A DNA stretch of 49,916 bases, filler included, from Sphacelaria rigidula (Eukaryota): NCBI GenBank assembly GCA_964200075.2. It is 2 parts of 2 records of this genome, joined end to end, with 100 filler letters (N's around TTAATTAATTAA, not from the genome) between each part and the next. Parts side by side here need not be neighbours in the genome. Positions count along the whole stretch, not along the records: positions 1 to 24,927 come from CAXNAA020000185.1; positions 25,028 to 49,916 come from CAXNAA020000186.1. One strand, 5' to 3'. Positions 19,435 to 28,740 of this stretch are shown piece by piece. The notes beneath the pieces were generated by a model. The model had not been told where the DNA came from, did not search any database, and saw only the letters and a program-made list of their open reading frames with translations. Position numbers and translations under genes: made by a program. Position 1 is the first letter of the stretch, and every line of letters starts with the position of its first letter.

Positions 19435-21301
19435 TCATTGGACCACATACTTGGCCGGCCTGGTGAAATCCGGGGCTAGACCCTGCTGGATCCACGCAAT
19501 CCTCTCCTTCACCACGTTGGCGACGTCCCGACAGACTTCCTTGCCCGCACCGGTAACCTCCCAGTACTCGTAGTATTCTTCCTGGACTACTTTACAGACC
19601 GAGTTGTGGGTATCGTGTCCCCCCTGGACACGAATGACGTAGGTCCTTCCTTCACATCCGGCTTCCTTGGCAATTCTCTCCAGACGTGGAGTGTCGTCCT
19701 CGTGATTTGAGTCTTCGTCGTACTCGATGTGGATTCCGAAGCCAAGGTCTTGCACTTGCCACTTGTAGAAGATGTCCGGGCGCTTGTTTCCTAACGATTT
19801 GGCTTCACCAACGACAGACTTGTCGAAGAAGGTCTGCGAACAGTCCTCGAGTAGTTTGTAGTAGTACTTCTCGCACTCCACCCTGAAGGCGCCTTCAGAT
19901 GTGAGTGTCACGACTTCCTTGAGTCCAAAGTGCTCGAGAAGGCTCTTGACCTCTTCGTTCTTGCAGGCCATGAGCGCATCTTCGATGAGAATCCTCCGAG
20001 CGAAGGAGCAAATCCTTTTCTCGAAAAAATCCGATCCTTTGTCCTTGTGGTCTGGGTGGAAGAAATTGGCTATAACTCCTTCTCCGTACATGCAGCACGC
20101 CATGGCACACTTAGTCTCGACCACACGTAAGACGTATCCTTCCTCCCTGTGTCGAAGGCAACGTGTGGCAACTTCTCCAGGAAGCCCGTAGCTTGCACTG
20201 AGCTCGCAACCGTCAGCGTGGTCGCACAACTTTCGGAAATACATACCGTCCTCCTTGTGCTCCTTGCATCTCGTCTTCTTGTCCCCGCGAGTTCCAAATG
20301 TAGGCCTCAAAGAGCACCCGTCAAACTCACACGTCCTGGTTTCGTCGGAAACCTTGGTCGGGGAGTGAGTTTTGCAGTACCTACCATTGTCGTAGGACGC
20401 GGTGACTTGGCATCCGTCCGCCGAACAAAAGTTCGTATTTTTGGTCCAGTGAACGAACTCCTTCGGAAGACCTTGGCCCACAAGGGACTCTGCATGTGGC
20501 GTGCAAAAGTTTTCCGAGCAGCCTTCAATGGTGACATGCCCTCTCGTCTTGCACCCTTTGTACACACAGAGTCCCTTTTTGCTGAGGTTGACGTGGTTCG
20601 CCTTCTTGTGCTCACTGCAGCTCGTGAAGTCTTCTCCAACAACCCCGTAGCCAATGCTGACCTTCTGGCAGTCATTGTGGAAGCAGCAAGGTATTCCGTC
20701 CATGTTCAACGGTGTTGTTTCCGTAATGAAGTTCTTTATCTGTTCGGAAACCTGGTGCAAGAACTTTTTCGCGACGTTTCCTGATTCATACTTCTCCTTC
20801 TGAGCCATCATCGCGGACTCGTTTGTCACCAACCTAACATCAGGTTGGATAACTTCGGGAAGTCGACACTCGTTGTCCTTCCTGTCACAGTGATTCCGCA
20901 GGTTCTGCTTGGATGAAAAAGGTATCCCACACACACAGACATGGTCCGATTTTTCATGCTCCCTCTTTTTGTGGTACGCCAGCTTGGGTTTTGTGTCGAA
21001 GATCAACCCACAATCAACACGGATACTCTCTGCCGAGGTCGTGCTTCGCGTCTCTGTGGTTCTCCATCTTGTCTTTGTCTTGGAACTCCTCTCCACACTC
21101 GGGACATGGAATTCTTTTCGACTTCCTCTTCTTTCCCCGGTGCCTCTCCTTCACGTGAATGTCGCGACTAGATTTCGAAGAGAAGAGTGATCCACATTCC
21201 GTACAGGAATACTTGATTGCCAGGATACATTTGTCGGTATGGGTCTTCAGCGAGGATTTGGCTTTGTAGCCCTTTGAACACTTCGGACAAATATAGGACA
21301 T
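19435..21301 (-). pseudogene. C2H2 zinc finger + EsV-1-7 Cys-repeat + C-terminal PD-(D/E)XK/Vsr-like endonuclease, frameshifted at about 21016
   Basis: Five C2H2-type fingers, with the fourth (YPC/DCG..H..H) broken by a frameshift; Cx3-4C...C..H repeats (e.g. CEFDGCSLRPTFG..RCKEHK); KRPDIF..IEYDE..H nuclease motif. Confidence 0.8.
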
Positions 21302-21446
21302 TGTCCAAAGAGTGTTATGAAAGATAGTGAACAAAATATTCGACCAAATCTAAACGATTTTTTATCGACGGCTTGTGAATTACTTTTCGTAGATACTCAA
21401 AAAATTAATGTTGGGAGACAGTACTTACTTATTACCTGCTTTAATC

Positions 21447-23360
21447 ATGCCCGCTGGCGGAGGCGTAGATTTGAATTGCGCCTAAGAGGATAGTGCGGTG
21501 TCGCAAGGCTCCATTTGCCACTTCGAGGTTTAACTCGGAGGTACTATTCTAGTCCGGGCGTCCTCGTTCTTCACAGTGAAGTGGGGGCATCTAGTTCCGG
21601 GTCCCTCCTGGAATGCGGTTGATAATTTCAAAATTATGAACCAGGGCAAGGTTTGTGAAAACGGTCAAAGCTAACACTGCGTTGGGTAGACCGTCGGTGA
21701 ATCCGTGTCGAAAGACGCGTGAAATATTTTTTTCCCAGAAAATATGTATTCATCGCTATCGACTGGGGCACGAATCGGTTCCTAAAGACTTCTGTAGTCA
21801 ATGGAGCTCAATGTACAGTCAAGTCCTTGGTGAATCCGGGTAACTCCGGGCAAAGCCAGGGCCCCATGTGATCGGATGAATTGAAAATTGAAGTCCGGGA
21901 AGCATGGGGGAGGGAGAACAATAGCCTTGTATTTTAGTAGGTTCTCCCTTTGAAGGTTTTGTAACCCATCTTCATCACATTTGTGGAATACAAAACTTTC
22001 ACTTGAATTCAGATAGCGGCGTCGGGCGTCAAAATGTCCACTTCAATGGCAACCCTGACATGACTTTGTTCAAGACGATGCACAAGCGTTACACGAACTT
22101 CGCGGAGGACATCGAGGAGAACGACTTCTCTGCGGGCACGGTTGGCTTCGGTCAGAAGGTGTCTGCGAACGTTTCGCGTTACGGCGACCTCGTGTCGGAC
22201 ATCATGCGAGCCTTCCCCCTATCGAGGCTTCCACCACTGTGCTGGACGCCTCGGGCAATACCGTGGCGGACGCGGACAAGGCTGCGTACTGAGTGAACGC
22301 CATCGGATACGCTATTATTTCGGAGGTCCAGATCGAGATCGGCGGTACGGAGGTGGACACGCTGTACCCGGAGTGGATGTTCTTCTGGGAGGAGATGACC
22401 CAGCGCCCGGGCGCTCGCCTCGGTGAGCAGATCGGGAAGTTCGCCTACTCGGCGGACGTGGAGGAGGACATGATCGAGTTCGCCTCGATGGCCCGCACCC
22501 TGTACGTGCCTCTTCCGTTCTGGTTCAACAAGTACTTCATGGAGCACGGTCTGTCGATCCCCCTGATCGCCCTGACCTACCACGAGATCAAGGTCAAGGT
22601 GACCTTCCGCCCCCTGGCCGAGTGCTGCTGCGTTGTCTACAGGGACACCGACGCCATGCACGGCGACTTCTGGGCGCTCGCCGAGAACAAGATCCCCCTC
22701 AACACCACCTCGGGATCCCCCCTCGTCGCCTCCGACATGGACGCCAAGCTCCTCATCTCCTACGTCTACCTCGACGTCGAGGAGCGCCAGGCCTTCGCTG
22801 CCGTCGAGCACGAGTACCTCATCACCGGAACTCAGCGCCAGATGCACGCCATCACCTCCGCTGGATCCGCATCCGACCAGATCAAGTTGTACTTCAACCA
22901 CCCCTCTAACTGCCTCACGTGGTTCGTGCGCCCCACCGACTGGATGACCAACCGCCGCCGCTACTCCGTCGGACACCAGGACTCCTTCGACTTCTCCCTC
23001 AAGAAGGAATCGGACGTCTCCGTCTGGGGTGACGTGACTGATTCTGTCCGTTGTGCCTCTCTGAGTCTGAATGGTCATGCAAGGTGGCCTGACAACCTCC
23101 CGGGCATGTTCTTCCGCCAGGCCCAGCCCATCATGAAGTGGCCCAACGTGTCCAACGGGTACATGTACGTCTTCTCCTTCTCCTCGCAGGGAGGCGTCTG
23201 GCAGCCGACCTCCACCCTCAACATGTCGCGCATCGACCACGTCCAGCTCGAGCTCAAGTACGGCGCGAACATCCCCACCTCCGACGTCTTCGTCTTCGCT
23301 GAGTCCTATAACCTGCTCATCGTCAAGGATGGGATGGCCGGAGTACGTTACAGCAACTAA
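21447..23360 (+). pseudogene. MCP: NCLDV major capsid protein; exon 1 21447-21466, exon 2 22006-23360; two frameshifts and one nonsense codon
   Basis: Reconstructed MPAGGGVIQIAAVGRQN..GNP..FK..KRYTNFA, GDL, IGG, LYVPLPFWF, FNHP, LNMSRID, YNLL..GMAG..YSN. Lesions at about 22020, about 22207 and TGA 22290-22292 (W of YWVN). Confidence 0.93.
21467..22005 (+). ncRNA. Group I self-splicing intron (IE-like), 539 nt, no internal ORF
   Basis: P1 GGCGU/GCGCC with U.G at the splice site; P10 21469-21477 with 22006-22014; P3 21650-21657/21769-21776; P4 21661-21666/21689-21694; P6 21695-21702/21748-21755; P7 UCGACUG/CAGUCA; P8; P9.0; terminal G at 22005. Confidence 0.9.
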
Positions 23361-23552
23361 GGCTGGTGTCCGACACTGGTTGGGGTTTCTTCCTGAGCAC
23401 CAACTATTTTTTTATTTTCAGGAGGGTAAAAGCGTGAAAACACCAAAAAACACGATTATACCTTTTGTAGTGGTAATCTCTAATTTTCAATCATAAAAAC
23501 AATAAAATCATTAAAACCAATCTTGAAACTCTTTCAAATGAAGCGGGTATAC

Positions 23553-23795
23553 TTACCCCATGTGATACTGACCTTCCATTATCTTTTGGAATACCTTACC
23601 CGCAACTTCGGCAATATCAAATCCAGGTTCATCTGGTCGGTACCGAATGAACGAACAACTCAGCTCGTTCTGGATCCAGAGCTCGCGTTGAACATCCGCC
23701 GGTGCTCTACTTTGCCTATGGGATTCCTTTTCATCGCACTCAATCGCGACCTTGCAAGACGAAATGTACATGTCGATCCGGTATTTACCGCTGGA
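23553..23795 (-). pseudogene. 5'-truncated Vsr/DUF559-like PD-(D/E)XK endonuclease
   Basis: GKYRIDMY..KVAIECDE..H..RE..I..L.C.FIRY.PD..F motif; no ATG upstream; abuts the IS607-like left end. Confidence 0.7.
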
Positions 23796-23952
23796 GGCGT
23801 TTTCACCAAACCATAAAAAACCGTTTATTTTCACCAAAAAAGGAACATTCGCGTGCGCTCCAAAGCTCACAATTATAATCTCAACTCTTGATTACACGAG
23901 TATTCACCATCTCGAACCCGTCCACCGAAGAATTTGCCGGTATTCCTATCGG

Positions 23953-24818
23953 ATGTATCAATCCGCGGCAACTATCCAGAAACGATTCGAAATATCAAGA
24001 TCTACTCTTTGCAGCTGGGCGAATCATGGCCTCGTCCGAGTCAAACGATTCGATGGAGGAAAACGAATCTACCACATCAGAGACATCGAAACAAAGCTCG
24101 GAGGAGGAGTCAACGAAACAGCGGAAAAAAAAAAAAAGTCATCTAAGCAAGGGTCTCCAGTACAAAACAAAAAGAAGACCTCGAAAGGCAAGTGCAAAGC
24201 CTCAAAGACAAATACCCCGACCACGTCATCTACAAAGACATCGGCTCAGGGCTCAACTTCCGGAGAAAGCGCTTTGAAGCCGTTTTGGACGGAATCTTCA
24301 GAGAGGTTATCGGAGAGGTTGTCGTCACCTACAAGGATCGGCTCTGTCGGTACGGATTTGAACTCTTCGAGTTGTTCTGCAAACACCACGGGACGAAGAT
24401 CGTGGTTTCGAGTTCTAGAGAAACTACCGACAACCGCGCAGAACTTGCCGAAGATCTCCTTGCCGTGTGTAACTTCTTCGTCGCCCGAAACAACGGAAGA
24501 AGAAGTCGTCGGAGGAAGAAAGCTGGAGCTATTCCCATCGCAGAAGTGGAAAAAGACTCTCAAAAAGTGGATGGGAACAGCGAGGTGGACGTACAACAAG
24601 TGTCTGGACAAGTTCAAGAAGAAGAAATGTCCCATGTCCAAGAAAGCCTTCACAAGCAGAGTCCTTGGAGCTCACAACCACGGGCAGATGAAAAAGAGGA
24701 CCGGGAAAACGAAGCGGAAACGGGGACCAAGAAGAGGAAGCTGGAAGAAGACCAGTACCCAAAACGACAGAAGTTCCAAGACTTCGTGGGTTCTGGAAAC
24801 ACCGCAAGAAGTTCGTGA
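23953..24818 (+). pseudogene. tnpA: IS607-type TnpA (MerR-like HTH + serine recombinase), frameshift in an A13 run and TAA in YARVSS
   Basis: HTH MYQSAATIQKRFEISRSTL..GGKRIY; then in the -1 frame VI*ARVSSTKQKEDLERQ, DIGSGLN, YKDRLCRYGFEL, ELAEDL. Recognisable homology ends near 24510; the frame stays open to 24818. Confidence 0.88.
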
Positions 24819-24927
24819 TGCTGCCATGGTGGATTTGTGCAAGGCCTACAAGGACAACAAAGACAAGCAAGAGAAGAACCCTCGACACTACTTCGACTTG
24901 AAATTTAGGTCAAAAAACGACGTACAG
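24145..24927 (+). CDS. tnpB: Fanzor2/TnpB-like RNA-guided nuclease, N-terminal part (RuvC not in the sequenced region)
   Basis: KPFW..SWF overlap region, RKLELFPS..LKKWMGTARWTYN (OrfB-HTH-like), WVLETP..RDAAM.DL.KAY..FDLKFRSK. Confidence 0.8.
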
Positions 24928-25027
24928 NNNNNNNNNNNNNNNNNNNNNNNNNNNNNNNNNNNNNNNNNNNNTTAATTAATTAANNNNNNNNNNNNNNNNN
25001 NNNNNNNNNNNNNNNNNNNNNNNNNNN
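24928..25027. other. Artificial scaffold linker (N44-TTAATTAATTAA-N44)
   Basis: Exactly 100 bp, with a six-frame stop palindrome in the middle. Confidence 0.95.
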
Positions 25028-27045
25028 GTCGGCTGGGAGGTTCTCTCCCATGATGGAGCTGTTGACGACCTTGATGCGATCTTGCAGCACTACAGTACTC
25101 GTATGAGTACCACACACGCGGCCATTCGGCTCCTGTTCGGAAATCCTATCGTGATTTTCATCCCCTGGAGGGTAAATGACCCTCTGGAGGGTAATCCTCT
25201 GGAGGGCATCTGATGCTCCAGTGAGTACTCCTCGAGTTTCCCGAATCAGTACAATATATACATGACCATATCGCTGCTGCTGTGAAATGCATACCCCAGG
25301 AATCTTGTGGTACTTTATCACCCGGCGCGNNNNNNNNNNATGCAAACCCCGCACAACACTTATTTCCAGCTACCCCCGGAACCCTGCAGGAAAGAGCACG
25401 GGTTGGGCACAGGCGCGGCGGCGGAACCACGCGGGGTATATAGAGTGCGAGGAATGACCGGCTTACTGCCTACACACTCGAGTGATCATGGACAATGCAG
25501 CCATAGACGAAGCTGCGCCCGCTGTTCAAGTCATTCGCACGTCGCACTATGAACAGAAAACATATATAGTCCTGCGCTGTTCGTACTGCACTTTGTCCGC
25601 TTCCCAACCACGTTCTACTGACGGCAATTGTGCGCATGTTGTAGGCTTTTACTTATTATGCTAGCATAACTTCTGGCATAATTCCACCTTCGTAGAATAA
25701 TAGCATAGCGTTTCAGCAAGTAGCATAATCGAGCATAATTTTTTTACCGTGAGGTGGGATTACGGGTCTAAATGCTGGCCTGCTGTGATATTTTGGGCGA
25801 AAAACTCTGATATCATCGACTGCGGGTCTGAGATACGTGTATGCTCTGGAACTAGTCATTTAAACTGCCAGTCTGATCGATCGCAGGTCAGAAAACGGTT
25901 TTTTTTATGAAAGCGCACGACACAAAACATGAACACCTACGATGTACTTACAGTCTGTAGTCTGTAGTTCATGGCGTACAGCGCACAGCACGCAGCAGAT
26001 CTCAGCTTCCAATTTTTTTTGTGTGTTTTGGCTTTGTACTTTCTCTGGCTCCTTCATTCTTCTTGTCTACTCTATCCTAGTATTTTTCCCAATTTCTACC
26101 CCCATGTGTGTTTCCTTTTTTTCACCTTGTTTCCTAGGTCACACCCATCTCACGACCTCGGCTGGATTCGAAGCGGCATCGGCTCATGCGAGACAATATC
26201 AACCTAACAATCATTCATCAATTGAATACTAAGTTTTCGTTTGTCGTTGTCCTTGGACGAGAAATGCAAAACTAATTTTTCTCAATCTTTGCTAAAAGCA
26301 CCCCGAACACCGGCTTGACCGTTCACTGCGTCTTGGGCATAGTATCGTATTGGTACAAGTTCGGGCGCAAAAAAAGTGCCATCCCAAGCTAACGGTACGG
26401 TTCTCGGACAAAATTGTCATTAAAAGGTGCAATAAGGGATTTCGACGCTCGTCAAAACAGGGAATTCTCTTCGGACAGGCGACATGGAAACACACATATA
26501 ACATATTCTTCTTTTTATCGCCCAAACACACTCGCACCGTACATCAGGGTTCTATCCAAGTGTAGTTGAAAGCTACAGGCCAGCAGTGTTATACAGAGCA
26601 CAACGCAGTACCTCATGATACAGCACAGCACAGCACAGTATGAAACGTGCTTTACGGACAACACGTCATCTTAGCGATCCAGTAGATACAGCAGCGGAAC
26701 CTCCACATCGAAAAACATGTTCCTGTTTGGTGCACAGTACATGGTGAAATATCTCTCCCGTAGGCTGCACAGCTACGCCGTACATGTTCGGGGCGAAATT
26801 GGTGATACAGGTGTTTTCTTCAGAGCGTGTTTCAGTTTCGTTATTCTTGGGTACATCTATCATGAGACAGCGGCTGGACCCCTGGGGGGGCAGTTAAAGT
26901 GCGACAATCAATCAATCAATCAATCAAGGTGTTGGAAAAACAAAGCAACACGGTGGACAAGGCATCATAACACTTTGGGACGACCTGCTGGCTGTGCCCA
27001 AGCTCAGTGTGATTGAAGAACGGGGTTGCCAGTCGCAGTGCGCAC

Positions 27046-27192
27046 CTTGTTGGTGTGCATGTACGCAATCGCGTCCAGCATCTGCTTCATGTAGGTCCTG
27101 ATGTGAGTCGGCGTGAGGGATATCTGAGGGCTGTTGGCCAAAGCCCACAGGTCGTACTCCAGGTATTCAAACACCATATACACGTCTCCTGT
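27046..27192 (-). CDS. CDK9/CDK12/CDKC-like kinase, coding exon 5 (TGDVYMVFEYLEYDL...MHTNK)
   Basis: AG/GT bounded, 147 nt, phase 0; kinase subdomains V-VIa; later exons not found before the gap. Confidence 0.88.
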
Positions 27193-27497
27193 CTGCAAAC
27201 AAGCAAGGCACGACAGGAAACACTGAGAAGAACCAATCCAGTGCAAGCAGCGGCACTTTGCATCGCTTAACAAAGTGGGCTGACAGATCCTTTCTTCCCC
27301 ACTTCCACGACAACACAAGCGAAATGGATGGTGGTCACGGTACGCAGGATGACGACCTCTGTGCACGACGATGCCGTTAGTTCGTCCCTCATCCGCCATG
27401 GAACACGAACACGGGTGGCTTTTAGTAAACTCTTGACTTTTTCAACACCATTACCCGACAATTTTCCCTCGGGTGTTCACAATATTTCCCTTACTGA

Positions 27498-27944
27498 GAC
27501 CATTCCCTATGGGTTTGGACAAGCATCATGTAGAAAACTATCCTTTTGGGCTCTTCTCCGTTTTACTGCCGAAAAGAGTGCTGGGCGGATGTTGACACCT
27601 TGGAATGACTTGCTCCACTCGTTGAGATCGTTCCAGGGCAACTTTGCGTTTGCCTCTGGCCGCATTTTCATCATTGGCCAAACTTGCGTTTTCGATAACA
27701 AACGGTAAAGAGAGGAAATTATCGGCTGTTTTTTCATCAATGGGTAGTTTGTTATCGAAAATGCAAGTTTGGCCAATGATGAAACTGCGGCCAGCGGCAA
27801 ACGCGAAGCTGCCCTGGAACGATCTCAACGAGTATAGCAAGTCATTCCAAGCTGCCAACGTCCGCCTAGCCCTCTTTTTCAAGCGTAAAACGACGGAGAA
27901 GGGCATTCAACAGGATTTTTCCCCAAAACCCGTCAGAATTGGCC
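27498..27944. mobile_element. Non-autonomous foldback/MITE element with about 200-bp imperfect inverted arms and a putative TGA target duplication
   Basis: Arms about 27498-27703 and about 27747-27944 are reverse complements; TGA at 27495-27497 and 27945-27947 (PIF/Harbinger-like, inference). Confidence 0.8.
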
Positions 27945-28002
27945 TGAGACAAACGAGATGAGGAACGCTTACACCGTACACCTGCTCCTAAGCATGCCGC
28001 AC

Positions 28003-28122
28003 CTTGCCGTCTGCGACCTTGCCATGCGAATCCGTCACCACTTCCAGAAGCTCCACGATATTTTCGTGCTGGAGGGAGCGCAGTATACGAATTTCCCGTA
28101 TTGATGTGATGGGGAACCCGCC
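28003..28122 (-). CDS. CDK9/CDK12/CDKC-like kinase, coding exon 4 (GGFPITSIREIRIL...)
   Basis: PITSIRE cyclin-binding helix, HENIVEL; AG/GT bounded, 120 nt. Confidence 0.9.
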
Positions 28123-28653
28123 CTGTACACCATGTTGCACGTGGTAAATTGGACAAGGGGTGACGACGAAACAGTTCGTCGGCTGTTGGTTGTTTCGGGG
28201 CAGGTATAGGCAAGGCCTGGGACTCAGGACGCCGAGACTCCTATAGGTTAGCTTGCTTCTTGCTATGTGTTGATCCACAAGAAACCGCTGTCAGCGGTAT
28301 CCACCAAGATCAAGACGCCGTGAGCATGTCGATGCTTGTGGGTGAAGAATCAACACAAGTTGACAATGCATGGAATTTATAAAAGACGGTGAGGATGGAG
28401 CCAATAAACTCAAGGTGGGAAGCTGTCACCGTTGTGTGAGATACAGAATAGCTTCTACTACCCAGGAGAACGCTAAATAATCAACACGGGAATGAGCAGA
28501 CGCAGTTTGCTGCCTCAAGCCCTTGTGCGAGAGACTACAGTTGGTCGTTTGACCACTTGGGTTTGCCGTCATTTTTCAAGTGAAAATGATGCGGAATCAA
28601 TAGATTGCACTCTCTGGTAATCGAACAAGGTATGTTTTGAATATTGCACTCAC

Positions 28654-28740
28654 GTCGCAATTGTTGCCTTCCTTGTCTGTAGCCTTGATCATCTTCAACG
28701 CCACAACAACATCAGTATCCGGATCCCTCGCTTTCCAAAC
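28654..28740 (-). CDS. CDK9/CDK12/CDKC-like kinase, coding exon 3 (VWKARD..VALKMIK)
   Basis: cag|GTT...GAC|gtgagt, 87 nt, contains the catalytic VALK lysine. Confidence 0.88.

Larger units (their letters stand above)
1..24927. mobile_element. Giant (Nucleocytoviricota, phaeovirus-like) viral segment, probably an endogenous viral element; partly pseudogenised
   Basis: Compact ORFs without spliceosomal introns and with short AT-rich spacers. NCLDV core genes present: MCP, A18-like helicase, Erv1/Alr, topo II. EsV-1-7-type Cys repeats present. Multiple frameshift and nonsense lesions. Neither end is visible (window edge, assembly gap). Confidence 0.9.
23795..24927 (+). mobile_element. IS607-like element (serine recombinase TnpA + Fanzor2/TnpB), right part lost in the gap
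   Basis: Overlapping tnpA and tnpB-like frames; direct repeats TTTTCACCAAA at 23800 and 23828 near the presumed left end (boundary approximate). Confidence 0.85.

Noticed and set aside
21465-22016. Spliceosomal GT-AG intron in MCP
   Set aside because: GT 21465 with nearby AGs loses the conserved VIQ residues and does not restore the frame; the group I boundaries are supported by P1 and P10.
6705-22292. TGA recoding (alternative genetic code or selenocysteine)
   Set aside because: TGA is used as a normal stop in neighbouring genes, the two sites imply different residues, and MCP also has frameshifts.
21467-24927. IStron (group I intron fused to an IS607/TnpB element)
   Set aside because: The intron closes at G22005, and the IS607-like element starts about 1.8 kb later, after the MCP stop.
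25028-25330. Possible downstream CDK exon
   Set aside because: The translation lacks HRD/DFG or other kinase motifs; short fragment between gaps.
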